A DNA stretch of 64,000 nucleotides from Mobula hypostoma. Lineage: Eukaryota. Position numbers and translations under genes: made by a program. Below the pieces are notes generated by a model, which had not been told where the DNA came from, made no database searches, and saw only the letters and a program-made list of their open reading frames with translations. Location of the stretch: assembly GCF_963921235.1 (NCBI RefSeq), contig NC_086101.1, forward strand, positions 8,930,001-8,994,000, in the 5' to 3' direction. Shown piece by piece: positions 1-11,715 of this stretch. Within the stretch, counting starts at the first letter, position 1; every line of letters starts with the position of its first letter.

Positions 1-1564
1 CCATCTAAATATGCAGTCATAGTAATTTATAATAAATAGAACAGTCAGTGTAACATAGAAATACACTCAAATCAGTGTGAGTTTATCAGTCTGATGGCCT
101 GGTGGAAGGAGCTGTACTGGAGCCTGTCGGTCCTGGCTTTTATGCTGCGGTACCATTTCCCGGATTATAGCAGCTGGAATAGATTGTGGTTGGGGTGACT
201 TGGGTCCCCAATGATCCGACGGGCCTTTTTTACACACCTGTCATTGTAAATGTCCTGAATCATGGGAAGTTCACAAGTACGGATGTGCTGGGCTGTTGGC
301 ACCACTCTCTGCAGAATCCTGCGATTACGGGAGGTACAGTTCCCATACCGGTCAGGATGCTCTCAGTTGTGCCCCTGTAGAAAGTACTTAGGATCTGGGG
401 GCCCATACCGAACTTCCTCAACCGTCTGAGGTGAAAGAGGTGGCTGTTGTGCATTTTTCACCACACAGCTGGTGTGTACAGACCACGTGGGGTCCTCGGT
501 GATGTGGATGCCGAAGAACTTGAAGCTCTTTACCCTCTCAAACCCAAATCCATTGATGTCAATATGGGTTAGCTCGTCTTCATTCCTCCTGTAATCCACA
601 ACCAGCTGCTTTGTTTTTGCGATATTGAGGAAGAGGTTGTTTTCTTGACACCACTGTGTCAGAGAGATAACTTCTCCCCTGTGGGCCACCTCGTTATTGT
701 TTGAGATTAGGCCAATCAGCGTAGTGTCGTCGGCAAATTTAATTAGCAGATTAGAGCTGTGGGTGGCGACACAGCCCTGAGGAGCTCGTGTATTGAGAGT
801 CAGAGGGGTGGAGGTGAGGGAGCCCACTCTTACCACCTGCTGGCGATCTGACAGGAAGTCCAGGATCCAGCTGCACAAGGCAGGGTCAAGGCCGAGGTCT
901 CTGAGGTTCCTGTCGAGCCTGGAGGGAATTATGGTGTTGAATGCTGTAGTCCAAGAACAGCATTCTCACATAAGCATCCCTCTTCTCCAGATATGTAAGG
1001 ATGGTATGTAGAGCAGTGGCTTTTGCAGATATCCCACCCTGCAAAAACTCATTTCAGGGAGGTAGCACCCCTGCCCCCAGCAACCCCATATTCCCCCACT
1101 CCCCACCACCGTCGACCTCCAAGGGTGCATGTAATACTGTGTTTAGTCATTTTGTCTAATCTGTAAACCAAGTTGGGTATATGTAGCAAATGTGACATTA
1201 AAATATGTACTTATATTATATTATCATGTTTATTCCATTACAACTTTAAGCAAGTCTACAGGGAGTTTGGCCTCATCACGTAGGACATCAACAGCATAGC
1301 TCCTTGGCAGCTGGCCAGCTGGTTTAAATCAGGGGTCCACAACCTTTTTTGCACTGCACACCGGTTTAATATTGACAATATTCTTGCGGACAGGTCGACC
1401 CCCTTGGGGGTGGTGGTGTTAAACGCGACTGGAATATGGGTGATAAGTCACTTGTAAGTTGTTAATACACTTAATTTCATTGCTGAAGGGGATTATCTAA
1501 TGAATTTAATATTAAGCATACAGCGCATATTTTTCTCGCATGAATGTAGTGATGTCGATTATAA

Positions 1565-2091
1565 CAGTGGTCCCAAATCTCTGGGCCACGAAGAATGCAG
1601 CGGTACAGCGGTAGCCAGAATGCACCCAGCACATCTTTAAGAAAAAGGCCGAAATAAACAAGCTAATTGATTAAGTGCTGCCCGGCAAGTAAATGTCGGC
1701 CCAGATCAGAGACGGCGCAATCGGCAATTGACTTTATCTGGGCTGACATTTACATGCCAGGCGGCACCTAATTAATTAGCAACACACATAAAAGTTGCTG
1801 GTGAACGCAGCAGGGCCAGGCAGCATCTCTAGGAAGAGGTACAGTCGATGTTTCAGCCCGAGACCCTGGAGATGCTGCCTGGCCTGCTGCGTTCACCAGC
1901 AACTTTTATGTGTGTTGCTTGAAATTCCAGCATCTGCAGTTTTCCTCGTGTTTGCGTTACTTAATTAATTAGCTTGTTTATTTCGGCTTTTTTTTTCTTA
2001 AAGATGTGCTGGGTGAGTTCCAGCCACCGCTGTACCGCTGCATTCTTCGCGGCAATGTATCAGTCTGTGGCCCGGAGGTTCGGGACCACTG
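1565..2091. mobile_element. Palindromic hAT-Charlie-type MITE
   Basis: TIRs cagtggtccc / gggaccactg, long internal inverted arms, and 8-bp TSD gattataa (1557-1564) / aattataa (2092-2099). Confidence 0.85.
1781..1961. mobile_element. Penelope-like pseudo-LTR fragment with internal inversion
   Basis: Matches the pLTR at 59150-59292. ~50-bp inverted arms and 12-bp TSD taattaattagc (1769-1780 / 1962-1973). Confidence 0.8.
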
Positions 2092-3345
2092 AATTATAAG
2101 TCACTTATAAGTCAATAGCATCATAACATTTTAAGTAACCTTTGGATATTAAACAGACAGCGCAAATTTTCTTTGTATGAACATATAAAATCATTGCAAC
2201 ACACCAATATCACTGAATCAATGGAAGCCCTGGGCTTGTTTCCCTGCAACAACATGGCCCTATCGAGGGGTGATGGGAGACTGCGATACTAGAAGGGGGT
2301 TCCTCATGTCCAGTCTATTCCGCAATTTAGTTTTCGTTGCATTCATTGCAGAAAACTCCGCTTCGCAGAAATATGTTGGAAATGGAAGCAACGTTTTCAG
2401 TGCTTTAATGGCTATCTCAGGATATTCAGCCGTGACTTTGATCCAGAATGAAGGCAGAGATGTTATGTCAAACATACTTTTCAGCCCACCGTCATTTGCA
2501 AGCTCGAGGAGTTGATCTTTTTTCCGCGCTGACATGGATGATTCACCGGGGACATTCACAAATGGGTCACGGACCCATTCCTTTGCAGGTCTTGGGTCAA
2601 TGATGACCTCGCGTGCGTGAAAAGTCAACAGTGCGTGACACGGAATGAGGAAGGGTGCAGCTGACTCATATCGTTTCATATCACCAAATCATATTTTTTC
2701 CTCGCGGCCAGGTGGTTGGGGACCACTCTTAGCACGAGGAGAGACCAATCAGGATGCTCGCTTTCCCTCTCTCTCTCTCCCTGTCAAAAAAATCTATTTC
2801 CGGGATATTGTGTATAATTTCCGGGCGTCAGGGAGCCACTATCGAAATGCGGGAGACTCCCGAAACTTCCGGGAGAGGTGGCACGTCTGCTATTGCATCG
2901 TCTGTTGATCGGTTGTGTCAGTAGGCAAATTGTAGGGGGTCCAATGTGGATGGCAGCTTGCTGCAGATGCTCTCAAAGCATTTGCTTATTATTGAGGTGA
3001 GTGCAATAGGATGTCAGTCGTTCAGGCATGTTACCTTGGTCTTGTTTGGTACAGGGACAATGGAGGATAATTTGAAGCAGGAAGGTACTCTACACTGGGA
3101 GAAGGAGACGTTAACTATTTCCAGCATCTGCAGAGTTTCTCGTTAGAGTTTCACGGTGCAGGGTCGCCACCTGCTGCTGGAAACCGGTACTGCAGGAAGA
3201 GCAGAAACACAATGCTGTAACTCGGCTGGAATGTGGGCATCGGTAGCAGGGCCAACATTTACTGCCCGCCGACTGCCCAAAAGAAAGTCGAAATGAGGTA
3301 CTTGTGGCCCCCGCGTACACAGACAGATCGCTAAACCGAGGAAGG

Positions 3346-6300
3346 AATCAGAATTAAATCACGTTTATTATCACCGGCTTGTGTTAGCTTAGCAGCAGTA
3401 GTTCAATGCAATACATAATATAGAAGAACAAAAAATAATAAGTAAACGAATAAGCAAATCAATTACAGTATATGTATATTCAATAGATTAAAAATAGTGC
3501 AGGAATAGAATTATATTAAAAAAGTGAGGTAGTGTTCACGGGGTCAATATCCATTTAGGAATTGGATGGCAGAGGGGAAGAAATTGTTCCTGAATCGCTG
3601 AGTGTGTGCCTTCAGGATTCTGTAACTCGTTCCTGATGGTAACAAGGAGAAGAGGGCATGTCCTGGGTCTTGGGGGTCCTTTCTGAGGCACTGCTCCTTG
3701 GAGATATTTGAATACCATGGAGGCTAGTACCCAAGATGGAGCTGACTAATTTTACAACTTGATGTAGTTTCTTTTGATCCTGTGCAGTCGCACCCCCGCA
3801 CCTTCTCCAAACCAGACAGTGATGCCGCCTGTCAGAATGCTCTCCATGGTACATGTATAGAAGTTTTCAACTGTTTTAGGTGACAAACCAAATCTCCTCA
3901 AACTCCTAATGAAAGATAGCTGCTGTTCCGGTTAGACCAGATTAGATCTTCAGAGATCTTGACACCCAGGAACCTGAAATTGCTCACTCTCTCCACTTCT
4001 GATCCCTCTTTGAGGACCGGTTCATGTTCCCTCGTCCTACCCGTTCTGAATCCACAATCGGTTCTTTGGTCTCACCGACGTTGAGTGCAAGGTTGTTGCT
4101 GTGACTCCACTCAACCAGCTGGAATATCTCGCTCCTGTACGCCCTCTGGTCACCACCTGAGATTCTGCCAGCAATGGTTCTATTATCAGCAAATTTATAG
4201 ATGGCATTTGAGCTATACTCAGCCACACAGAGAAAGTAGAGCTGTGGGATGAGCACACATCCCTGTGGTGTGCCAGCGTTGGTTGTCAGCGAGGTGGAGA
4301 TATTATTACCAATCTGCACATATTGTGGTCTTCCAGTTTGGAAGTCAATGATCCAGATACAGAGACTTAGGTTCCGTATCTTATTGATCAGGGCTGTAGG
4401 AATGATGACGTTAAATGCGGAGCTACAGTAAGTGAACAGCATCCCAACGTAGTCTTTGTATTGGCCAGGTGATCCAAGGTCATTTGAAATCATACCATAG
4501 AAACTACAGCACAGAAACAGGCCTTTTGGCCCTTCTTGGCTGTGCTGAACCATTTTCTGCATAGTCCCACTGACCTGCACACGGACGGACCATATCCCTC
4601 CATACACCTCCCATCCATGTATCTGTCCAATTTATTCTTAAATGTTAAAAAAGAACCCGCATTTACCACCTCAGCTGGCAGCTCAGTCCATACTCCCACC
4701 ACTCTCTGTGTGAAGAAGCCCCCCCCCATGTTCCCTTTAAACTTTTTCCCCCTCACCCTTAACCCATGACGTCTGTTTTTTTCTCCCCTTGCCTCAGTGG
4801 AAAAAGCCTGCTTGCATTCACTCTATCCATACCCATCATATTTTTATATACCCCTATCAAATCACCCCTCATTCTTCTACGCTCCAGGGAATAAAATCCT
4901 AACCTATTTAACCTTTCTCTGTAACTGAGTTTCTCAAGTCCTGGCAACATCCTTCTCTGCACTCTTTCAACCTTATTTATATCCTTCCTGTAATTTGGTG
5001 ACCAAAACTGAACACAATACTCCAGATTCGGCCTCACCAATGCCTTATACAACCTCATCATAACATTCCAGCTCTTATACTCAATACTTTGATTAATAAA
5101 GGCCAATGTACCAAAAGCTCTCTTTACGACCCTATCTACTTGTGACGCCACTTTTAGGGAATTTTGTATCTGTATTCCCAGATCCCTCTGTTCTACTGCA
5201 CTCCTCAGTGCCTTACCATTAACCCTGTTTGTTCTACCTTGGTATGTCCTTCCAACGTGCAATACCTCACACTTGTCTGTATTAAACTCCATCTGCCATT
5301 TTTCAGCCCATTTTTCCAGCTGGTCCAAGTCCCTCTGCAGACTCTGAAAACCTTCCTCACTGTCTACTACACCTCCAATCTTTGTATCATCAGCAAATTT
5401 GCTGATACAATTTACCACATTATCATCCAGATCATTGATATAGATGACAAATAACAATGGACACAGCACTGATCCCTGTGGCACACCACTAGTCACAGGC
5501 CTCCACTCAGAGAAGCAATTTTCTACCACCACACTTTGGCTTCTTCCATCGAGCCAATGTCTTATCCAATTTACCACCTCTCCATGTATACCTAGCGACT
5601 GAATTTTCCTAACTAACCTCCCATGCGGGACCTTGTCAAAGGCCTTACTGAAATCCATGTAGACAATATCCACTGCCTTCCCTTCATCCACTTTCCTAGT
5701 AACCTCCTCGAAAATCTCCAATAGATTGAAGAGCCATTGAGATCGTGTCTGCTGTAGACCTATTGTGGCGATAGGCAAATTGCAGTGGGTCCAGGTCCTT
5801 GCTGAGGCAGGAGCTGAATCTAGCCATGACTAAACTCTCAAAGCATTTCATCACAGTAGATGTGAGTGCTACTGGACAATAGTCATTAAGGCAGCTCACA
5901 CTACTCTTCTGGGGCACTGGTATAATTGTTGCCCTTTTGAAGCAGGTGGAACCTTCGCACCATAGCAATGAGAGGTTGAAAATGCACCTGCCAGTGTTTG
6001 ACACAAGTTTTCAGAGCATGACCAGGTGGTCCAACGAGACCCGCTGCTTTGGTAGTGAAGCATCGGTGCCATTCGGGTTTCGTTTTGTAGGAAGTAATGT
6101 CCTGCAAACCCTGCCAGAGTTGACAGGCTTCCGATCTTGCCTGCAACCTTGCTCGGAATTGTTTCTTCATTCGTGAAATAGCCCTCCACAAGTCATACCT
6201 GGATTTCTTGTACAGATCTGGGTTGCCAAGACTCAAATACTACAGATGTAGCCCTCAGCAGACGACATACCTCCTGGTTCATCCATGGCTTTTGGTTTGG

Positions 6301-7440
6301 AAATGTACAGCAAATTTTAATAGGCACACTCATCCACACAGGTTTTAATGATGTCGGCATTAAACAACTGCGGCATACTCATCCAGATTCGAAGATAAAT
6401 CCCTGAATGCAGTCCAGTCCACGGATTCAAAGCAGTCGTGTAAGCGCTCCTGTGCTTCCCTTGTCTGTACCTTCTTGGTCCTCACTACTGGTGCTGCAGT
6501 CTTCAGTCTCTGCCTGTACTCAGTGAGTAGAAGTACAGCCAGGTGATCAGACTTCCCGAAGTTGGGTTTGGAATAGCACGGGAAGCTCTCTTGATCTTCG
6601 TGTAACAGTGGTCTAGTGTGTTGTTTCCTCTGGTACTACAAGTAATTTGTTGATGATAATTATTTAGTAACTTTTCCAAGCTGGCCTGCTCAAAATCCCC
6701 CAAAATGTTGGGGTAGGCGTGAGGTTCTGCAGTTTCATGCATGTTGATCACATCGTTCAGAACATCTGGAGCCTGTTTGACATTGTCCTGAGGTGGAATG
6801 TACAACGTGACCAAAATGACCGCTGAGATCTGCTGCGACAAGTAAACTGGCCGGCACTTGATTGCAAGATATTCCAGCTCTGCTGAGCAGGATTGGGACG
6901 TTACCCACACAATAGTACACCATGAGGAGTTGATCATAAAGCATACACCTCCACCTCTGTTTAGCGAGACTTGACAGCCCTATCGTGACTGTGTATAGTG
7001 AACCCGTCAATCTGAATTGGTGCGTCCAGTACGGACCGGACTGGGCTAACCAACACTCTGTGAAGCAGAGGACGCACATGGTCCTAATGTCCCTTTGATA
7101 CAGCACCCTAGCTCTGAGATTGTCAATTTTATTTACCGGAAACTGTACGTTTGCCAACAAGGTAGTTGGTACCGGAATTCGAAAGCCTCGTTTTTTTTTT
7201 AAAGCACTTGTAGCACCGAGCAACAGCCGTGCTTCCAATGAGGAGTCCTCCCAGAGAGAATATTGTGGCCGCAGCCAGCGGTATTTTCGTCTGTTTTACA
7301 CAGCGATAAATTGTTCAGTCGCATTAAAATCCTTTATTCACTGTACAGACCTTGGATGCAGTTGTGACTGTCAGATATAGCCGGCTGAAGCAGGAATAAT
7401 TAACCATGTCCATCAAGCTGAGCCGCTATGAGTTTGCCCT
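3346..7440 (-). mobile_element. Near full-length degenerate Rex1/Babar-type LINE (APE endonuclease + RT), interrupted by a CR1
   Basis: ORFs 6735..7238 and 6503..6937 carry APE motifs (LLANVQ..NK, CFTECWL, LGDF, TRGNNTLDHCY). ORFs 5696..6004 and 3984..4607 carry RT motifs ([32 protein letters not shown]). Confidence 0.85.
4491..5726 (-). mobile_element. CR1 LINE, 5'-truncated (same subfamily as 46128-50420)
   Basis: ORF 4759..5778 has [34 protein letters not shown], followed by a CR1 3' UTR/tail. Confidence 0.95.
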
Positions 7441-7777
7441 TTTGCCGATGCCCTGGAAGACTAGAACTTAAAGCTGCCAGCACACTTCTGACCACAGGCC
7501 TTGGTCCGGACTCACAGAATCGCAGATATCGAGCTTCAATCTCCAGACTCTACAGTTTCGGCCTTCGACCTCAGTACCTCAACATCCAGACTTGCCAATC
7601 CTTGGACCTTGAGCTCTGGCTTCAACTCCGGATTTCGCCGACTTCTGGGTATGCAACTGAGGGCTCACTGATCACAGGACATTGACGTTGGGGCCTTGAA
7701 CTCTGCACTGTCATGGACCTCCGATCCCAGGACTAACCAATTTGCTCATCATTTGTTGGGTAGCTTCTATGGTACAT

Positions 7778-10145
7778 AAAACATACAACATAGAATAGTA
7801 CAGCACAGTACAGGCCCTTCGGCTCACAATGTTGTGCCAACCCTAAAACCCTACCTCCCATATAAGCACCCACATTAAATTCCTCCATATACCTGTCTAG
7901 TAGTCTCTTAAACTTCACTACTGTACCTGCCTCCACCACTGACTCAGGCAGTGAATTCCACGCACCAGCCACATTCTGAGTAAAAAACCTTCCTCTAATA
8001 TCCCCCTTGAACTTCCCACACCTTACCTTAAAGCCATGTCCTCTTGTATTGAGCAGTGGTGCCCTGGAGAAGAGGCGCTGGCTATCCACTCTATCTATTC
8101 CTCTTACTATCTTGTACACCTCTATCATGTCTCCTCTCATCCAGGCAGCATCCTGGTAAATCTCTTCTGTACCCTTTCTATTGCTTCCAAATCCTTCCTA
8201 TAGTGAGGTGACCAGAATTGGACACAGTACTCCCAGTGTGGCCTAACCAGAGGTTTATAGAGCTGCATCATTACATCGCCACTCTTAAACTCTATCCCAG
8301 GACTTATGAAAGCTAACACCCCATAAGCTTTCTTAACTACCCTATCCACCTGTGAGGCAACTTTCAGGGATCTGTGGATATGTACCCCCAGATCCCTCTG
8401 CTCCTCCACATTACCAAGTATGCTGCCATTTACTTTGTTCTCTGCCTTGGAGTTCGTCCTTCCAAAGTGTACCACCTCACACTTCTCCGGGTTGAACTCC
8501 ATCTGCCACTTCTCAGCCCACTTCTGCATCCTATCAATATCCCTCTGCAATCTTTGACAATCCTCTACACAGTCTACAACACCACCAACCTTCGTGTAGT
8601 CTGCAAACTTGCCAACCCACCCTTCTACTCCCACATCCAGATCGTTAATAAAAATCACGAAAAGTAGAGATCCCAGAACAGATCCTTGTGAGACACCACA
8701 GGTCAGAATCCTCCAATCTGAATGTACTCCTTCCGCCACCACCCTCTGCCTTCTGCAGGCAAGCCAATTCTGAACCCACCTGGCCAAACTTCACTGGATC
8801 CCATTCCTTCTAACTTTCTGAATAAGCCTACCGTGTGGAACCTTGTCAAATGCCTTACTAAAATCCATATAGATCACATCCACTGCACTACCCTCATCTA
8901 TATGCCTGGTCACCTCCTCAAAGAACTCTATCAGGCTTGTTAGACATGATCTGCCCTTCACAAAGCCATGCTGACTGTCCCTGATAAGACCCTGATTCTC
9001 TAAATGCCTATGGATCCTATCTCTAAGAATCTTTTCCAACAGCTTTCCCACCACAGACGTAAGGGTCACTGGTCTATAATTACTCGGACTATCCCTACGA
9101 TCTTCTTTGAACAAGGGGACAACATTCGCCTCCCTTCAATCCTCCGGTACCATTCCCGTGGACAATGAGGACATAAAGATCCTAGCCAAAGGCTCAGCAA
9201 TCTCTTCTCTCGCCCCGCGCAGCGGCCTGGGGAATATTCCGTCAGGCCCCGGGGACTTATCCGTCCTAATGTATTTTAACAACTCCAACACCTCCTCTCC
9301 CTTAATATCAACATGCTTCAGAACATCAACCTCACTCATATTGTCCTCACCATCATCAAGATCCCTCTAATTGGTGAATACCGAAGAGAAGTATTCATTG
9401 AGGACCTCGCTCACTTCCACAGCCTCCAGGCACATCTTCCCACCTTTATCTCTAATCGGTCCTACCTTCACTCCTGTCACCCTTTTTTTCTTCACATAAT
9501 TGAAGAATGCCTTCGGGTTTTCCTCTGCCCTACTCGCCAAGGCCTTCTCATGCCCCCTTCTTGCTCTTCTCAGCCCCTTCTTAAGCTCCTTTCTTGCTTC
9601 CCCATATTCCTCAATAGACCCATCTGATCCTTGCTTCCTAAACCTCTTGTATGCTGCCTGCTTCCACCTGACTAGATTTTCCACCTCACTTGTCACCCAT
9701 GGTTCCTTCACCCTACCATTCTTTATCTTCCTCACCGGGACAAATTTATCCCTAACATCCCGCAAGAGATCTCTAAACATCGACCATATGTCCATTGTAC
9801 ATTTCCCTGCAAAACTATCATCCCAATTCACACCCGCAAGCTCTAGCCTTATAGCCTCATAATTTGCCTTTCCCCAATAAAAAATTTTCCTGTCCTCTCT
9901 GATTCTATCCTTTTTCATGATAATGCTAAAGGCCAGGGAGCGGTGGTCACTGTCCCCCAGATGCTCACCCACTGAGAGATCTGTGACCTGACCCGGTTCA
10001 TTATCTAGTACCACATCTGGTATGGCATTCCCCCTTGGTCGGCCTGTCCACATACTGTGACAGGAATCCGTCCTGGACACTCTTAACAAACTCTGCCCCA
10101 TCTAAACCCTTGGAACTAATCAGGTGCCAATCAATATTAGGGAAA
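7778..10145 (-). mobile_element. CR1 LINE, 5'-truncated, frameshifted ORF2
   Basis: Consecutive ORFs 9367..10101, 9136..9339, 8791..9114, 8137..8787 and 7733..8140 rebuild the end of APE plus RT (SPGPDGI, NYRPV, QHGF, FSKAFDKV). Confidence 0.95.
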
Positions 10146-10419
10146 GTACACACTATCAGGCTGAAGGACTGTTTCAAATCTTATTGATTCTACCCCTTTC
10201 CAGTCCTGATGAACGTTCATGGCCTGAATCGTCAGTTGTTTATTCCCCTCCGTAGATGTTGCCTGACCTGATAAGTTCCTGCAACATTTTCTGTGTTAAA
10301 CTTGACTTCAATCCTGTTGTTATAAGACTGTTGAATGGTTCTCTTGATGAACCTTTGACTTCACAGTTTACCTAATCAAGGCCTTCCACCTTATTGTCTG
10401 CCTGCTCTGCAATTGACAT

Positions 10420-11353
10420 CGCCTCAAGATTCAGGGGAGTAGATTTAGGATGGAGATGAGGAGGAACTGCTTTTCCCTATGTAAGGGGTTTATTCTTTTA
10501 TGTTACTGAGTAGGCTAGTCAAAGTGGCTTCTTTGTTATGTTATAATTAAAATGGCTTCTCTGTAATGTTAACTGCTGAGACAGTGGTTCTTTTCTAGCA
10601 GCTTGTTTGGGTTATATTATTGACGGGGAGGGGGTGAATGAACCAATTCATGTCCATGTTATTCTTTCTGTGGGTGATATTCTGTCTCATATGGCCAGGA
10701 ACTATGTGCTTTGGGGGGCGGGGGTTGCGTTTCAGGAGGAGACCGGGGAGCTAAAGGACGTGCTGGAAACGCTCTGGTCGAGCGTTGGTCCCGAGCGGCG
10801 AGTCGGAGGGGATCGCAGGGTGAAGAGAAGACCCCGTTATTTTAGCTCCAACTTGTATGCAGGAAGGAGTTGAACTTTGATTAGTCTGGCGCCTTTTTCT
10901 TTCTCTTTTATATTGTATCTCTATTAATCTAACAGGCCCAGTAAGATTTATAAAGTGTAATCTGTAAAGTGTACATTGTGTGCTGTCTGATAATTGATGT
11001 GTGAGTTTGTACCAGGTGGCATTACACAGCACCGACGCAAACCGTGAGACACGGTTTGGCGGGCGGACAGGGTTTCCCCTGGATAAACACGAACCGATAG
11101 AGCTGAGCGCTACACCTAGGAGTGGAGAATCTGTGGAGTTCTCTGTCCAATGAAGCAGTGGAGGCTCCCTCAGTAAATATATTTAAGAGAAGGTTGGATA
11201 GATTTTTGCACAGTGGGGGAATTGAGGGTTATGGGGAGAAGGCAGGAAGGTGGAGATGAGTCCAAGGTCAGATCAGCCATGATCTTATTAAATGGCGGAG
11301 CACTCGATGAGCCAGATGGCCTTCTCCCGATCCTATTTCTTATGTTCTTATGT
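10420..11353 (+). mobile_element. CR1 3'-end fragment interrupted by a solo LTR
   Basis: Sequence ..gagatgaggaggaactgcttttccc|LTR|..gtggagaatctgtggagttc.. ends in a (ttatgttc)n CR1 tail at ~11340-11353. Confidence 0.75.
10480..11114. mobile_element. Solo LTR (635 bp, Gypsy-like by 4-bp TSD)
   Basis: Begins TGTA and ends TACA, with perfect TSD ccta at 10476-10479 and 11115-11118. Confidence 0.85.
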
Positions 11354-11394
11354 TTATTCTGCATTCTGCTATCGTTTTCCCTTGTGCTGCCTCA

Positions 11395-11715
11395 GCAGAG
11401 AAGGCTTGTTGAAGATCATGGAGAAGTTTGGCTGCCCCATCAAGTTCATCACAATCGTCCGGCAGTTCCACGACGGTATGATGGTGAAAGTTCTGGATGA
11501 CGGCGACGAGTCGGAGGCCTTCCCAGTGACAAATGGCGTCAAACAAGGCTGCGTTCTTGCCCCAACTCTGTTCAGTATGGTATTCTCTGCCATGCTGACA
11601 GATGCCTTCCGTAACTACGAAGAAGGAATCCACGTCAGGTACAGGACTGACGGCAGGTTGTTCAACCTTAGGCGCCTGCAGGCAGTTACAAAGGTGCAAG
11701 AGACTGTCCTCAGAC
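11395..11715 (+). mobile_element. RTE-clade LINE internal RT fragment
   Basis: Translates uninterrupted as SREGLLKIMEKFGCP..VRQFHDGM..GVKQGCVLAPTLFS..YRTDGRLFNLRRLQA.TKV, a typical RTE/BovB-like RT segment. Confidence 0.85.

Larger units (their letters stand above)
1330..2728 (-). mobile_element. hAT-Charlie (ZBED5/SCAND3-like) transposon, internally deleted
   Basis: Termini caggggtccacaacc / ggttggggaccact. ORF 2260..2679 encodes the hATC dimerisation C-terminus (WVRDPF, FWIKV..EYPEIA..ALKTLLPFPT..CEAEFSAM..TKTKLRNRL). Confidence 0.85.
1026..2889. mobile_element. Non-autonomous TIR DNA transposon (hAT-like), outer layer of the nest
   Basis: Imperfect TIRs cagatatcccacc / ggtggcacgtctg. Flanking near-duplication gcttttgc (1019-1026) / gctattgc (2889-2896) splits the Rex LINE. 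Confidence 0.6.
60..3110 (-). mobile_element. Rex1/Babar-type LINE, 3' portion (RT), interrupted by nested DNA transposons at 1026-2889
   Basis: ORF 363..878 has RT motifs WILDFL..RQQVVRVG, PQGCV, KFADDTT. The LINE sequence resumes after 2889 (..gagcagtggc|tattgcatcgtctg..). Confidence 0.85.
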
